In this document: positions 1 through 10,700 of the stretch, piece by piece
How positions within the stretch are numbered: the first letter of the stretch is position 1
How the letters are laid out: the number at the start of each line of letters is the position of its first letter
Program-made: the position numbers and the translations under genes
Notes under the pieces: generated by a model
The model's database searches: none
The model's input: only the letters and a program-made list of their open reading frames with translations
What the model was told of the DNA's origin: nothing
Assembly: GCA_964417755.1 (NCBI GenBank)
Contig: CAYQJH010000003.1
Coordinates: 1-60,573 of the forward strand
Direction of reading: 5' to 3'
Length of the DNA: 60,573 bases
DNA from: an uncultured Planctomycetaceae bacterium
Lineage (GTDB): Bacteria > Planctomycetota > Phycisphaerae > SM23-33

Positions 1-2
1 GG

Positions 3-467
3 GATATTTGGTCCTTTTGTCGTTGCAGAGTTTACGGCGGAGATATGGCTCTGGATGTGGTCTCTGATGTCTTCTTGAAGCTTGTGGAGAAATACCCTTG
101 CTTGAGAACAAAGAGCGACGAGGAGATTCGCAACTGGCTATATGGAACAGCTCGCAACATGATGGCTCGCCACATCAAGCACATGAAGCGGCGGATGAAA
201 TTGCACGATCAGCTTGCTAAGGAAACAATATCTGGCAAGAATCACGATTGGACAAGCCCTGCAGACTGGCCAATCATGTTCACGGCGATCAGCAGACTCA
301 AACCATTGTTCCAGGACATAATCATTATGCGGTTCTGCCAAGGGATGGAAACTCTAACCATCGCCGAAATCCTTGGCCTGAATCACAACACGCTCCGCGT
401 GCAGCTTTCAAGGGCCTTGGCTCTCTTAAGACGAGAACTGGAGAAACCATTTGGTCAAGTGGAATGA
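3..467 (+). CDS. ECF-type RNA polymerase sigma factor (5' end outside window)
   Basis: The frame is open from base 3 (DIWSFCRCRVYGGDMALDVVSDVFLKL). It shows a region-2-like 'A.DVVSDVFLKL...WLYGTARN' and a region-4-like 'RLKPLFQDIIIMRF.QGM....IAEILG.N..T.RVQLSRAL'. Confidence 0.85.
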   Translation, partial: DIWSFCRCRVYGGDMALDVVSDVFLKLVEKYPCLRTKSDEEIRNWLYGTARNMMARHIKHMKRRMKLHDQLAKETISGKNHDWTSPADWPIMFTAISRLKPLFQDIIIMRFCQGMETLTIAEILGLNHNTLRVQLSRALALLRRELEKPFGQVE

Positions 468-1656
468 ACACGATGACGAAGGCTCTGCCAAGCAGATCTT
501 CGATCTCATCAAGCCAATCCAGGTCCCTCTTGCTTCTGGGCAGGAAGAAGAACTTTGCCGTCGGATGAAGGAACGATTGGAGGCCCTCTATGGACAGAGC
601 AACAACTTCAGCCGGCAAATCATCCCTGTACGCTGGATTTCGTCCGCGGCCGCAGTGCTTCTTATCGTTGCAGGCATTTGGGTCTTCTTCAATGGAAGAA
701 TGTCCGTGGCGTCCACTTCGTTCGGCGAGATGATCAAGCGGATCGCCCAAGCAAAGAGTGTGCAGTACGATCTGGTTTGCAGCGTCTCAGGCAAGCCAGA
801 CGAGGAATATGAGGTGGTCGCTGTGCCAGGGGGATCGATTCGGACAACGGGGCCAGAAGGCAAGGTTAACATTAGGAACGGCAAGACAAGGCTCACGTTG
901 TCGCCACAAAGGAAGCGAGCGTTACGGCGCACCGCAACTGCGACTTCTGATGATGATTACGTCAGTGCGCTTCTGAAACTCACTGAGCCTGATGGAGAAC
1001 TGGTTGAGCGGGTCGCGAAAGACGGTCAGGATCTTGTTGTGTTTAAGGTAAATCGGGAAGGAAAAAGCATGACGGTCTGGGCTAATGGCGTGACGTTATT
1101 GCCCTATCGCATCGAGGTGCGCGAGACTGCTGAAAAGTCATTTGATCTGGTGGTTCTCAGGAACTTTCGCTGGAACAAGGAAATAGATCCCTCGCTCTTT
1201 TCAATCGAGATTCCTCCTGGCTATCAGGATATCGAAGTGGTGGCAGACGAAGAGGAAGCACTTGTGGTTGTCCTAAGGACTTGCCTGGACAAAAAGGACG
1301 GCCAACTGCCTCAGCATTTGGACCGCCAGACCTTATTTGATGCCATTGCACATAAAGCTAAGACGTACCGGTCGGGTTCAGATCCAACTGGAAGACTAGG
1401 CATCGCCGAGCTTGACAAAGATGCTGAAGTTGAGTGGAGCAGATGCCTGCCGGGCATTTTGCTTATTGAACGCCTCCGGAATGCGGGGGCCTGGATCTAT
1501 GTGGGAGGCGAAGCGCCTCAAGACCCCCAGGCAATAATTGCCGTCTGGCGCACATCTGCAACTGGGATCTGGAAAGCGATCCACAGAGATTTGTCTGTTC
1601 ACCTTATCGATGATGATGGCGTAGATCGAATCAAGGCACGGTCTGCTCAACACTAG
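451..1656 (+). CDS. Putative membrane-anchored anti-sigma factor with a LolA-like periplasmic domain
   Basis: Overlaps the sigma factor stop codon. It has a short cytoplasmic N-terminus, one TM helix (AAAVLLIVAGIWVFF) and a periplasmic part 'SFGEMIKRIAQAKSVQY...TVWANGVTLLPYRIEV...NFRWNKEIDPSLFSIEIPPGY', typical of planctomycete anti-sigma/LolA-fold proteins. The TTG start is uncertain. Confidence 0.7.
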   Translation: MVKWNEHDDEGSAKQIFDLIKPIQVPLASGQEEELCRRMKERLEALYGQSNNFSRQIIPVRWISSAAAVLLIVAGIWVFFNGRMSVASTSFGEMIKRIAQAKSVQYDLVCSVSGKPDEEYEVVAVPGGSIRTTGPEGKVNIRNGKTRLTLSPQRKRALRRTATATSDDDYVSALLKLTEPDGELVERVAKDGQDLVVFKVNREGKSMTVWANGVTLLPYRIEVRETAEKSFDLVVLRNFRWNKEIDPSLFSIEIPPGYQDIEVVADEEEALVVVLRTCLDKKDGQLPQHLDRQTLFDAIAHKAKTYRSGSDPTGRLGIAELDKDAEVEWSRCLPGILLIERLRNAGAWIYVGGEAPQDPQAIIAVWRTSATGIWKAIHRDLSVHLIDDDGVDRIKARSAQH

Positions 1657-1808
1657 ATTAGCTAGGGCAATCAGGACAAACTTGTGGTGCCGTTCCGAAG
1701 ACCTCGTCGGCCGCCGTCAGCGTTGACCTGGAATTGCACCTGAGGTTTCATTTATGTCCGCGCTACGATCAATGACCTTTCCTGCCAGATCCAAGCATCC
1801 ACACATGT

Positions 1809-2549
1809 CTATGATCGAGTTGCGCAAAGAGCAGAAGAGGCAGTTGGCTCTTTCTTCTTTCGGCCAACCACAAGAAACCCGGCAGCAAGTAACAGTATGG
1901 TTGCTGGCTCCGGCACGGCGACGAACTTCGCACCGAGTTCCGCCGGAACACGTCCCCCGAAATCAGAACGAGTCCAGAAATCATAGGGAGCGGGCGTATA
2001 GTCCCAATAGTAGTCGTTGCCTAGACTGTTCATGATGTTTTGTCCGGGCGCCGGAAAGCTGCATGGCACCAGGCCTGCGTCCATGCTGTCCGCGGCAACC
2101 AGCCAGGTGAATTGGTCGGGCACCTCAACTCCGTCAATTGGCACCGAAAGGATGAACAAGCCGCCCGGAAGCGTCACGTTGCTCAACGTTGTGGACCAAA
2201 GAGCTGTGCCAGGCAACTTGTCGTCGTATCCATCATCGCCGTCGTTGAGATAGAATCCGACGTGAAGATCGGTGAGAGTTACCTCGCCTTGAGACATCAG
2301 GACAATGTCGAATTGCACAATGTTTCGATCCGTTCCCTCAAGGCGCACCTCGTCTCCCTGCAGTTCGTAAGGCAAGAACCGGCTGAATTCGAGAAAGCCC
2401 TTTGGAGTCCATGTGGGATCGGGCTGCACCACGTTCAATGAGTTATCGAAGACGACAGTGGCTGCCGATCCAACTTGAGCAAAGCAGACTACGGACAGAG
2501 CGATAGCACAGATTGAGCATACTACTGATTTGAGCACATTCTTCTCCAT
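1809..2549 (-). CDS. PEP-CTERM sorting domain protein
   Basis: Signal peptide MEKNVLKSVVCSICAIALSVVCFAQVGSA and C-terminal VPEPATILLLAAGFLVVGRKKK. Start moved to the ATG at 2549. Confidence 0.85.
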   Translation of the reverse strand: MEKNVLKSVVCSICAIALSVVCFAQVGSAATVVFDNSLNVVQPDPTWTPKGFLEFSRFLPYELQGDEVRLEGTDRNIVQFDIVLMSQGEVTLTDLHVGFYLNDGDDGYDDKLPGTALWSTTLSNVTLPGGLFILSVPIDGVEVPDQFTWLVAADSMDAGLVPCSFPAPGQNIMNSLGNDYYWDYTPAPYDFWTRSDFGGRVPAELGAKFVAVPEPATILLLAAGFLVVGRKKKEPTASSALCATRS

Positions 2550-2911
2550 TTCCAAGCTTGAGCGAAATGAGTTGTATACCAAACTTTTCGCAGTGTACTG
2601 AAAAATGACAGCCAGTCAAGCTATTTCGTCACTGTCTTTGGGCCGGCCTTATTTGCGGGTAAGGCTGAAACCCTGGGCGGAAGATCGAAGGATCGGAAAA
2701 TTTTACGAGTGCGTTCAACAACAGCTCCTGGGCCGATTCAAACCGAACTTGATCGCCTGCGGCATTCTTCCATTTGTCGCAAAGGGAACAAGTACTCTCT
2801 TCTGCCTCTACCCCAAGAAGACACCGTGGAGGGCAAACTCGCTGTTGGGGTATTTCCAAAGGCCTTCCCAGGTTTGTGTTCCGTTCCCGCACAGGCAATC
2901 GTTTCCGCGCG

Positions 2912-3646
2912 TCAGGGATCGACGCTTTGGCGCCAACTATCGCCGGCCAGATGCATCTGGATTGTTCGATACCCCAGCGGCGGATCTTGGCCCAGCGATG
3001 GCTGGTAGATCACCTGGGCATAGTCATCGAACGTGAGTGCTCCGCCGCACATGACCGCACCTCGAACACATGGGCTGTTCTTGAACAACACCGTGCCAGT
3101 GGCATGCACCAGGCCACGGATCTCATTGGGATACAGATCGAGGATCAGAATGTCCGATCGTCCCTGGTAGGAACAGGAAAATGGATTGAAGTTGGTCAGC
3201 CAAAGAGTCTCGGACAGGCCGTGCTCGCCAGACCGCAGGCGAATCTCGAGGTTCCCATCGACAATGAGAGTGGCGTAGTCTGAGCGATATGGCTCCATGA
3301 ACACCGCATCATCCAAGACAACCTTGTGACCGCTGGTGCGAATGACAAGCGTCCCCCAGAGGCGCAGGCCACGGATCGTGATATCGCGCCCGGCCGTGTC
3401 CATGTAATACACACCGTCAGGGCTGCCCAGCCCCCATGGGTTGGAGTTGGGTCCCAATACGGCTCTTTCCATCGTCCCGCCCGGGAAGGGAATCGTCACC
3501 GCCAAGCCGCGGTACGTGTCCAGCACCGAGGCGTCCGGAATTGCTTTGGTCTGGGCAGGGACCGTCAGGGTTCCGGTCACTGTACCGCCGCCACTTGTGG
3601 TCATGCCTTGGGCGCTTCCGTCAAGTGTGCCGTCAACACGGATGGG
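2912..3646 (-). pseudogene. 5'-truncated gene: C-terminal part of a beta-rich exported protein (possibly PilX-like, pilus-associated)
   Basis: The protein-like frame (PIRVDGTLDGSAQGMTTSGGGTVTGTLTVPA...YPNEIRGLVHATG...PPLGY...WRQSVDP) is bounded upstream by an in-frame TAG at 3647-3649. There is no signal peptide or RBS. The family assignment is tentative. Confidence 0.6.
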
Positions 3647-3948
3647 CTATAGCTCCCGGCCCTTCCTATCAGCACGCAATTGTTTGGACAGGCAGTGCCA
3701 CGGACTATGTTGATCTCAACCAGTTCCTGCCCGCCGGCTATTACTCGGCGCAGGCCACCGGAATCGACAGCGACGGCAACATTGTCGGCAGTGCCATTTA
3801 CGGTGGTTATAGCCGTGCCATCCTTTGGCAGGTTCCCGAGCCGATTTCGCTCCACTTCATCAGTTTGGCTATGCTATGTTTGTTGCGACGCCGCAGGTCC
3901 CAACGATGGCAGAGGATAGTGAAGAACAAGAGCGAGGGAAACCTGTAG
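3640..3948 (+). pseudogene. 5'-truncated PEP-CTERM gene (HAF/extracellular-repeat type)
   Basis: GWAIAPGPSYQHAIVWTGSATDYVDLNQFLPAGYYSAQATGIDSDGNIVGSA...RAILWQVPEP + hydrophobic stretch + RRRR. The upstream in-frame sequence is just the antisense of the neighbouring gene. Confidence 0.7.
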
Positions 3949-4367
3949 GCATCCAACCACAGCCTGCATAGCAGCGGAATCCCCTTGAGGCGCTTGCCAT
4001 CGACCGGAACACGGAGCGATGCCGGCATCGAGCCGATGGTCGCAATCATCTGGTATAGGCCTGGCCGGCCGATCGGCGTTCCCTTGGTCAGCACCTCCAT
4101 TACGGCCGACAGGCCGGGGATCATCGCGTTGTGCTCTTTCAGGACCTTCCATACCTCCGTCTGCGCGCAATCACTGTTGGCCCGGATCAGGATTTCCTTG
4201 GCCGCATCGACGGCCTGGGACACCTGGCCTTGCATGGCCAGCAGCTTTACCTTTCGCATGAGCACAAGGCTCGAGCGCGGAAAGAGTCCTTCTGCTTTTG
4301 CGAACTTATCGGGCGGGACCGCCCTGCAGTTAACCCCTTTGCAAAACTGGGGATAAGCCGGTGACAA
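3807..4367 (-). pseudogene. Possible TPR/helical-repeat gene fragment
   Basis: 'FAKAEGLFPRSSLVLMRKVKLLAMQGQVSQAVDAAKEIL' resembles a TPR. There is no clear start or RBS, and the 3' part overlaps the PEP-CTERM fragment. Confidence 0.35.
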
Positions 4368-4372
4368 CTGGC

Positions 4373-4402
4373 TTGACAGACCGATCAGAATATGGCTAGT
4401 AT
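4373..4402 (+). promoter_or_regulatory. Putative sigma70 promoter of the giant lyase gene
   Basis: TTGACA (4373-4378), an 18-bp spacer and TAGTAT (4397-4402), about 380 bp upstream of the ATG at 4784. Confidence 0.5.
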
Positions 4403-4783
4403 TCCGATGTTGTCATTTTCTTCGAGTGCTTCTCCCTAAGTATTAGCTGCACCGTTAGCGTCTGTGGACACCGCATTGTATTGAGCCAATGGCAGTAGAA
4501 GTGGGTGATAAAGGATTCAGCCCAATGCCATTTAGGCGAGAGAGCTTCGCTCGCTCTTCAACGCCGTTCCAGACAAGATCAACATGTCATGGCTTCGTTT
4601 CTGCAAGCATTTGAACATCGTCAATGACAAGGCCGCTATGGGTTCAATGTAAGAACAGCCATGGTCAGGCTGAGCTAAAGCTGTCTCATCGTCAGCAGGT
4701 CTTACGTGGCCTTCTATAAAGATCTGCAACATTTCGCTAAACATTTGCGTTGCACGAGACTCGAAACATCAAAGGAGAATCCG

Positions 4784-7700
4784 ATGAGTATTCTGCGAGC
4801 GGTTGTCATTGCTTCCGTAGTGGTAGCCACGTCGGCTGTCTTGTCGGCACAAACGGTGCGTATAGGCAATTTGGATGTGCCCGCGGACAGCGCCCTGGCC
4901 AGAAAAGAGCACCCGCGACTGCTCTTTACGACGGCCGACCTGCCGGCCATTCGAGCAAGGATTGCCAAGCCGGGGCTGCAGTCAATTTACAATCAGTTGA
5001 AGCAGACCGTGGACCAGCAGATGGGCCAGAACATGGACGCCACCCAGATGTCGGTCCCCCTGGGGCTGCTGTACCACATCACGGGCGATGAAAGATACGG
5101 CCAGGCCTGCCGCGCCGTGACGCTTGGGGCTACGTTTGGCGTCTACGCCACCGACGGCCTCTATGGTTATGACCTGATCTATAACCTGCTGACCCCCGCG
5201 GAACGCAGCGCATGTGAAGCAAAGATGCTTGCCCAAGCCCGGACGGGCAACGCAAACTCGACCCATCTGACGCCCCTGACCTATGCCTTGGGCTTATGGG
5301 GCAACGGCACGAATGATGCCGAGGTCGGAGGGATCATCTCTCAAATGTATCCAGCCATGGTGACGCGAAAGGCATACCTGGATCGATGGGCGGCTGACCG
5401 CGGTGGCGACGGCAACAGCCATGACTACCTCGGTCAGCATGAGTATGTCGGAACGATGGGAGTCTTGCAGGCCTGGAAGTCCTCCACGGGCCAGGACTTG
5501 TTCGAAGGCTTCAATTGGGCCAAGGCGATGGGCCCCTACTACATTTACAACATCCTGCCGGGAAGCACACGAACCACACACATTGGCGTCGATGGCTACG
5601 GATCTGCCTTCTATCCGTTCGAGACCGGCGCAGAGGCCTTTGTCTCCATCGCGCAGAACAAGTGGCAGGACGGCGTGACGGGATGGTGGGTGAGGAACAC
5701 TGTCTGCGGAGGCTCTCAGCCCTACTACTATATACTGTTCAAGTATTGGGGCATGGTGTTGTACTTTGACCCCGACGTGCCGGACATCGCCCCAAGCCAG
5801 ATGCCGCAGGACATGCTCTTCAAGACGCGCGGCTACATGTACTCCCGAAGCGACTGGGGTAACGACGCCACCTTCGTGAATTTCGCGTGCGGGCGTTTCG
5901 AGCTCGACAGCCGCAACTGCAATCACAATAACTCCTTCATCATCTATCGCAAGTCCTACCTGGCCTGCGATACCGGCGCAAAAATCGGAAACAATGAAGA
6001 AAACACTGTTAATTCCGATGGCCAACACTACTCGAAGTGGTTCCCGCAGACCATTGCACACAATTCGATCACGGTAGGCACCGCCAACAATCTCAGTGGC
6101 CTGGTCACCTCGATGTGCGGTGGGCAGGCTGGGCGAGTCCCGGATGAGTGGCTCACGATGTACGGGATGCCGGTCTCCGAGGAAAACAGGATGACTCGCC
6201 AGGCCGGTCAGATCACGGCCTACGAAACATCCCCCGAGTTCTCCTATGTCGTCGGCGATGCTCGCTGCTCGTATGACCCGCACGTGGTCAATGGCTTTAC
6301 CCGCCAGTTTGTATACATCCGGCCTGGTGCGGTCGTCATCTTCGACCGTGTCAATGGAGTCAATGCAAACGATCCCAAACGATGGTATCTGCACACTATG
6401 GAGCAGCCGACATGCACCGATGGCACGTTGAATGCTGATACCTCCATACATTCAAGCGGGCACTTCCTGGCTACCGGCACTACACTCCGTGCTGCGCATG
6501 GCGGCAGCGCGCTGTTTTCCAAGACGGTTCTGCCCGAAAGTGCTATAGTCCGCGTGCTGGGCGGCGCCGGTCACCAGTTCGAGGTCAACGGCGTCAACTA
6601 CGACATGTACGCTCCTTGGTATCAGACGGTCGGGACACCCGAATACCTGGAGAATATCGGCATGGGCATGTGGCGCGCCGAGGTCGAGCCACAGGTCAAG
6701 CAGGCGAATGACGTATTCCTGCACGTCCTGTGGTCCACGACGGACAGCGTCCAGAATATGTTTAACGTTACGAAGATTTTGCAGAACGGCCAGGTGGGTG
6801 TTTCATTCACCGCTGACGGCGTCGGAGTGGAAGTGACCTTCGCCCAGACCGGCACCGTAGCCGGACACATCAAGATCACCAAGAGCGGAAATGTGATCTG
6901 CGACCGTGCACTGGCAACCCAGATCGAGGACAACTATCAGAAGTGGAGCAGCGATTCGCGGTTCCAGAACTGGATGACCAGCCCGAATATGAAGTCCGCG
7001 ATAGGCCAAGGGCCTGTGCTGTCCTTCCTTCAGCCCAGCGGAACCACCGTTGTGCAGGCAGGAAGCACCCTGTATGTCAGCGTCACCGCCCGCGATTACG
7101 ACGGCACGATCGGGAACTTGAAGCTCTTCCATAATGGGCAGGAGCTCCCTCGTCAGGACGGCACTTACCCATACGAGTGGGGCGTTGGCAGCAATGATCC
7201 GCTCCTGATGAGCGTAACTGCCGGTGTCCATACCCTCACGGTTTCATGCATAGATAGTCTTGGGTATTCCGCAACAACCTCGATGAGCATTATCGTCAGC
7301 GGCGGTGCTCCAACCGCTGTGAATGACGCCTACATGGTAATGAAAGATCAGGTGCTCAATGTTGCAGCCTCCGGCGTGCTGGCCAACGACACCGGCACAA
7401 GTCTGACAGCTGTCAAGGTCACCGACCCCGCGCATGGGACATTGACCTTGAATTCCAATGGCTCATTCACCTATACACCCGCTGCCGGCTACACGGGCCC
7501 CGACAACTTCACGTATAACGCTCACAATTCCGGCGGCGATAGCAACCTGGCTACCGTGAACATTACGGTCTCTTCTGCGGCGCGTGCGGTGCTGGTGGAC
7601 TTTGGCGGCACGCTTACCAACAATCCTGGCGCTGATGGCCGGTATTGGAACAACATGCGGTATTTTGACCTGCCTGAAACGATCGCCAATCTGGTGGACA

Positions 7701-10700
7701 GCACTAACGTCTCAACTGGTCTTTCCTTGACCAAGGTTGTCAACTTCCCCTGGGCCGGCAATGGCGTATTGGCCGAGCCTTTCATCAACGGATATCCGAA
7801 TTCAGCCATTCGCGACAGTGTGATGTCAACATCGTCGGGCAACGGCAAGTACAAGTTCTACAACTTGGACACCTCAGGCAACACCACTTACAACCTGACT
7901 ATCTTTGGATCCTCCGGCGATAGCGGTGTTACGCGGTACAACGTGATCGGCTATTCGACCACCAACCAGCAGGTCAATGCCGAGAACAACAAGACGGTCT
8001 TCAATACCTTCAACAGCGTCCAGCCTGATGCCGGCGGCAATATCTATGTGGAAGTGGTTCTGGTATCCGGCAGCTATGCCCCACTGAACTTGATCCAGTT
8101 GGATATCAATCACAAGCCTGTTGCGACCAATGATTCCTACAGCGTGGCCGCCAGCCAGCAATTGAACGTGGCTGCGTCCGGCGTGTTGGTCAATGATACC
8201 GATTCCGACAGCCAGACGTTGACGGCCATCAAGGTCAGCGATCCTTCTCATGGCACGTTGACTTTGAATTCCAATGGTTCTTTCACCTATACGCCAACCT
8301 TCGGCTACTCCGGCAGCGACAGCTTTACCTACAAGGCCAGCGACGGTTCTACGGACAGCAACACGGCTACGGTGAACATCACCGTGACGCCGGCATCGGG
8401 AAGCCTGCGAACTGTCCTGGTGGACTTCGGCTGTTGGAACCTTACTGCCAGTCCTGGTGCTGATGGCAGGTACTGGAACAACATGCGGTATTTCGACGTG
8501 CCCGAGACGATCAGCAACCTGGTTGACAGCTCCAATGCCGCGACCGGTCTTTCGTTGACTAAGGTTGCCAATTTCCCCTGGGCCTGCGACACCCAGTTGA
8601 CCGAGTCGTTCATCAACGGATACCCCAACTCGGCCATCACCGACGGCTTATGTTCCACTTCAGCCGGCAACGGCAAGTATCGGTTCTATAACCTGGACGC
8701 CTCCGGCAACACCGTTTACAACCTGACGATCTTTGGCTCTTGCAGCAGCGGCGACGTCACGCAGTACAACGTGATCGGCTATTCGACCACAAGCCAGCAG
8801 ATCAGTGTTGCAAACAACAAGACGGTCTTTAGGACGTTCAACAATGTTCAGCCGGATGCCAGTGGCTATATCTACGTGGAAGTTGTGCGGGTATCAGGCA
8901 CCAACGCACCGATCAACCTGATCCAGTTGGATATCAACTCCAAGCCCGTTGCTACCAACGATTCCTATAGCATAGCCAGCGGCCAGCCGTTGGGTGTGGC
9001 AGCTCCAGGTGTATTGACCAACGACACCGACGCTGACGGCCAGCCGCTGACGGCCATCAAGGTCAGCGATCCCGCGCATGGCACGTTGAGCTTGATTTCT
9101 AATGGATCGTTTACGTATACGCCGACGACCGGCTTCTCCGGTAGCGACAGCTTCACCTATAAGGCCAGTGATGGCTTCATGGACAGCAACACGGCCACCG
9201 TGAACATTACGGTGACAGCATCAATGCCCGTGGCCATCGATGATGTCTATACGATTAACGCCAACCAGACCCTGAACGTCTCAGCCGCCGGCGTGTTGGC
9301 CAACGACACCGGGTCGGGCCTCACGGCCGTCAAGGTTATGGATCCTTCGCACGGCGCGTTGACCTTGAACTCCAATGGTTCATTCACCTATACACCGACG
9401 ACCGGCTATTCGGGCAGCGACAGTTTCACGTACAAGGCTCACAATGCCGGCGGTGACAGCAACACGGCCACCGTGAACATCATGGTGACGGCAGCTTCGG
9501 GAAGCCTGCACACGATATTGGTGGACTTCGGCTGTTGGAACCTTACTGCCAGTCCTGGCGCCGATGGCAGGTACTGGAACAACATGCGGTATTTCGATGT
9601 GCCCGAGACGATCAGCAACCTGGTTGACAGCGCCAACGCTGCGACCGGTATTTCTTTGACTAAAGTTGTCAATTTCCCCTGGGCCTGCGACAACATGTTG
9701 TCCGAGTCGTTCATCAACGGATACCCCAACTCGGCTATCACAGACGGCTTATGTTCCACTTCAGCCGGCAACGGCAAGTACAGGTTCTATAACCTGGACG
9801 CCTCCGGCAACACCGTTTACAACCTGACCATCTTTGGCTCTTGCAGCAGCGGCGACCTCACGCAGTATAACGTGATTGGCTATTCGACCACCAGCCAGCA
9901 GGTCAGTGTCGCTGGCAACAAGACGGTCTTTAATACGTTCAACAATGTTCAGCCCGATGCCAGCGGCTATATCTACGTGGAAGTTGTGCGGGTATCAGGC
10001 ACCAACGCACCGATCAACCTGATCCAGTTGGACATCAACCACAAGCCGGTTGCTGCCAATGACTCCTACAGCGTGGTCAGCGGCCAGCAGTTGATAGTGC
10101 CGATCTCCGGGGTTTTGACCAATGATACGGACTCTGACGGCCAGATGCTGACAGCCATCAAGGTCTCTAATCCGACACATGGCACAGTGACGTTGAATGC
10201 CGATGGTTCGCTGATATACACTCCGACGACGGGCTATTCGGGCAGCGACAGCTTCACTTACAAGGCAAATGATGGCTCTTCAGACAGCAACACGGCCACG
10301 GTGAACATTACCGTGACGGCGGCTCCGGCCAGTGCACGCACGGTGCTGGTGGACTTCGGCATTTGGAACCTGACGGGCAGTCCTGGAGCCGATGGCAGGT
10401 ACTGGAACAACATGCGGTTTTTCGACATACCCGAGACGATCAGCAACCTGGTTGACAGCAGCAATGCCGCTACCGGTCTTTCCTTGACCAAGGTTGTCAA
10501 CTTCCCTTGGGTCTGTGACAATCAGTTGTCCGATCCCTTCATCAACGGATACCCCAATTCAGCCATTACTGACGGCGTGTGTTCCACTTCAGCCGGCAAC
10601 GGCAAGTACAAGTTCTACAACCTGGATGCCTCCGGCAGCACCACGTACAACCTGACGATCTTTGGCTCTTGCGTTTACGGCGACGTCACGCAGTACAACG

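Noticed and set aside
4403-4783. c-di-GMP or other known riboswitch in the leader
   Set aside because: I could not find the conserved motifs by eye. A cmscan run is needed.
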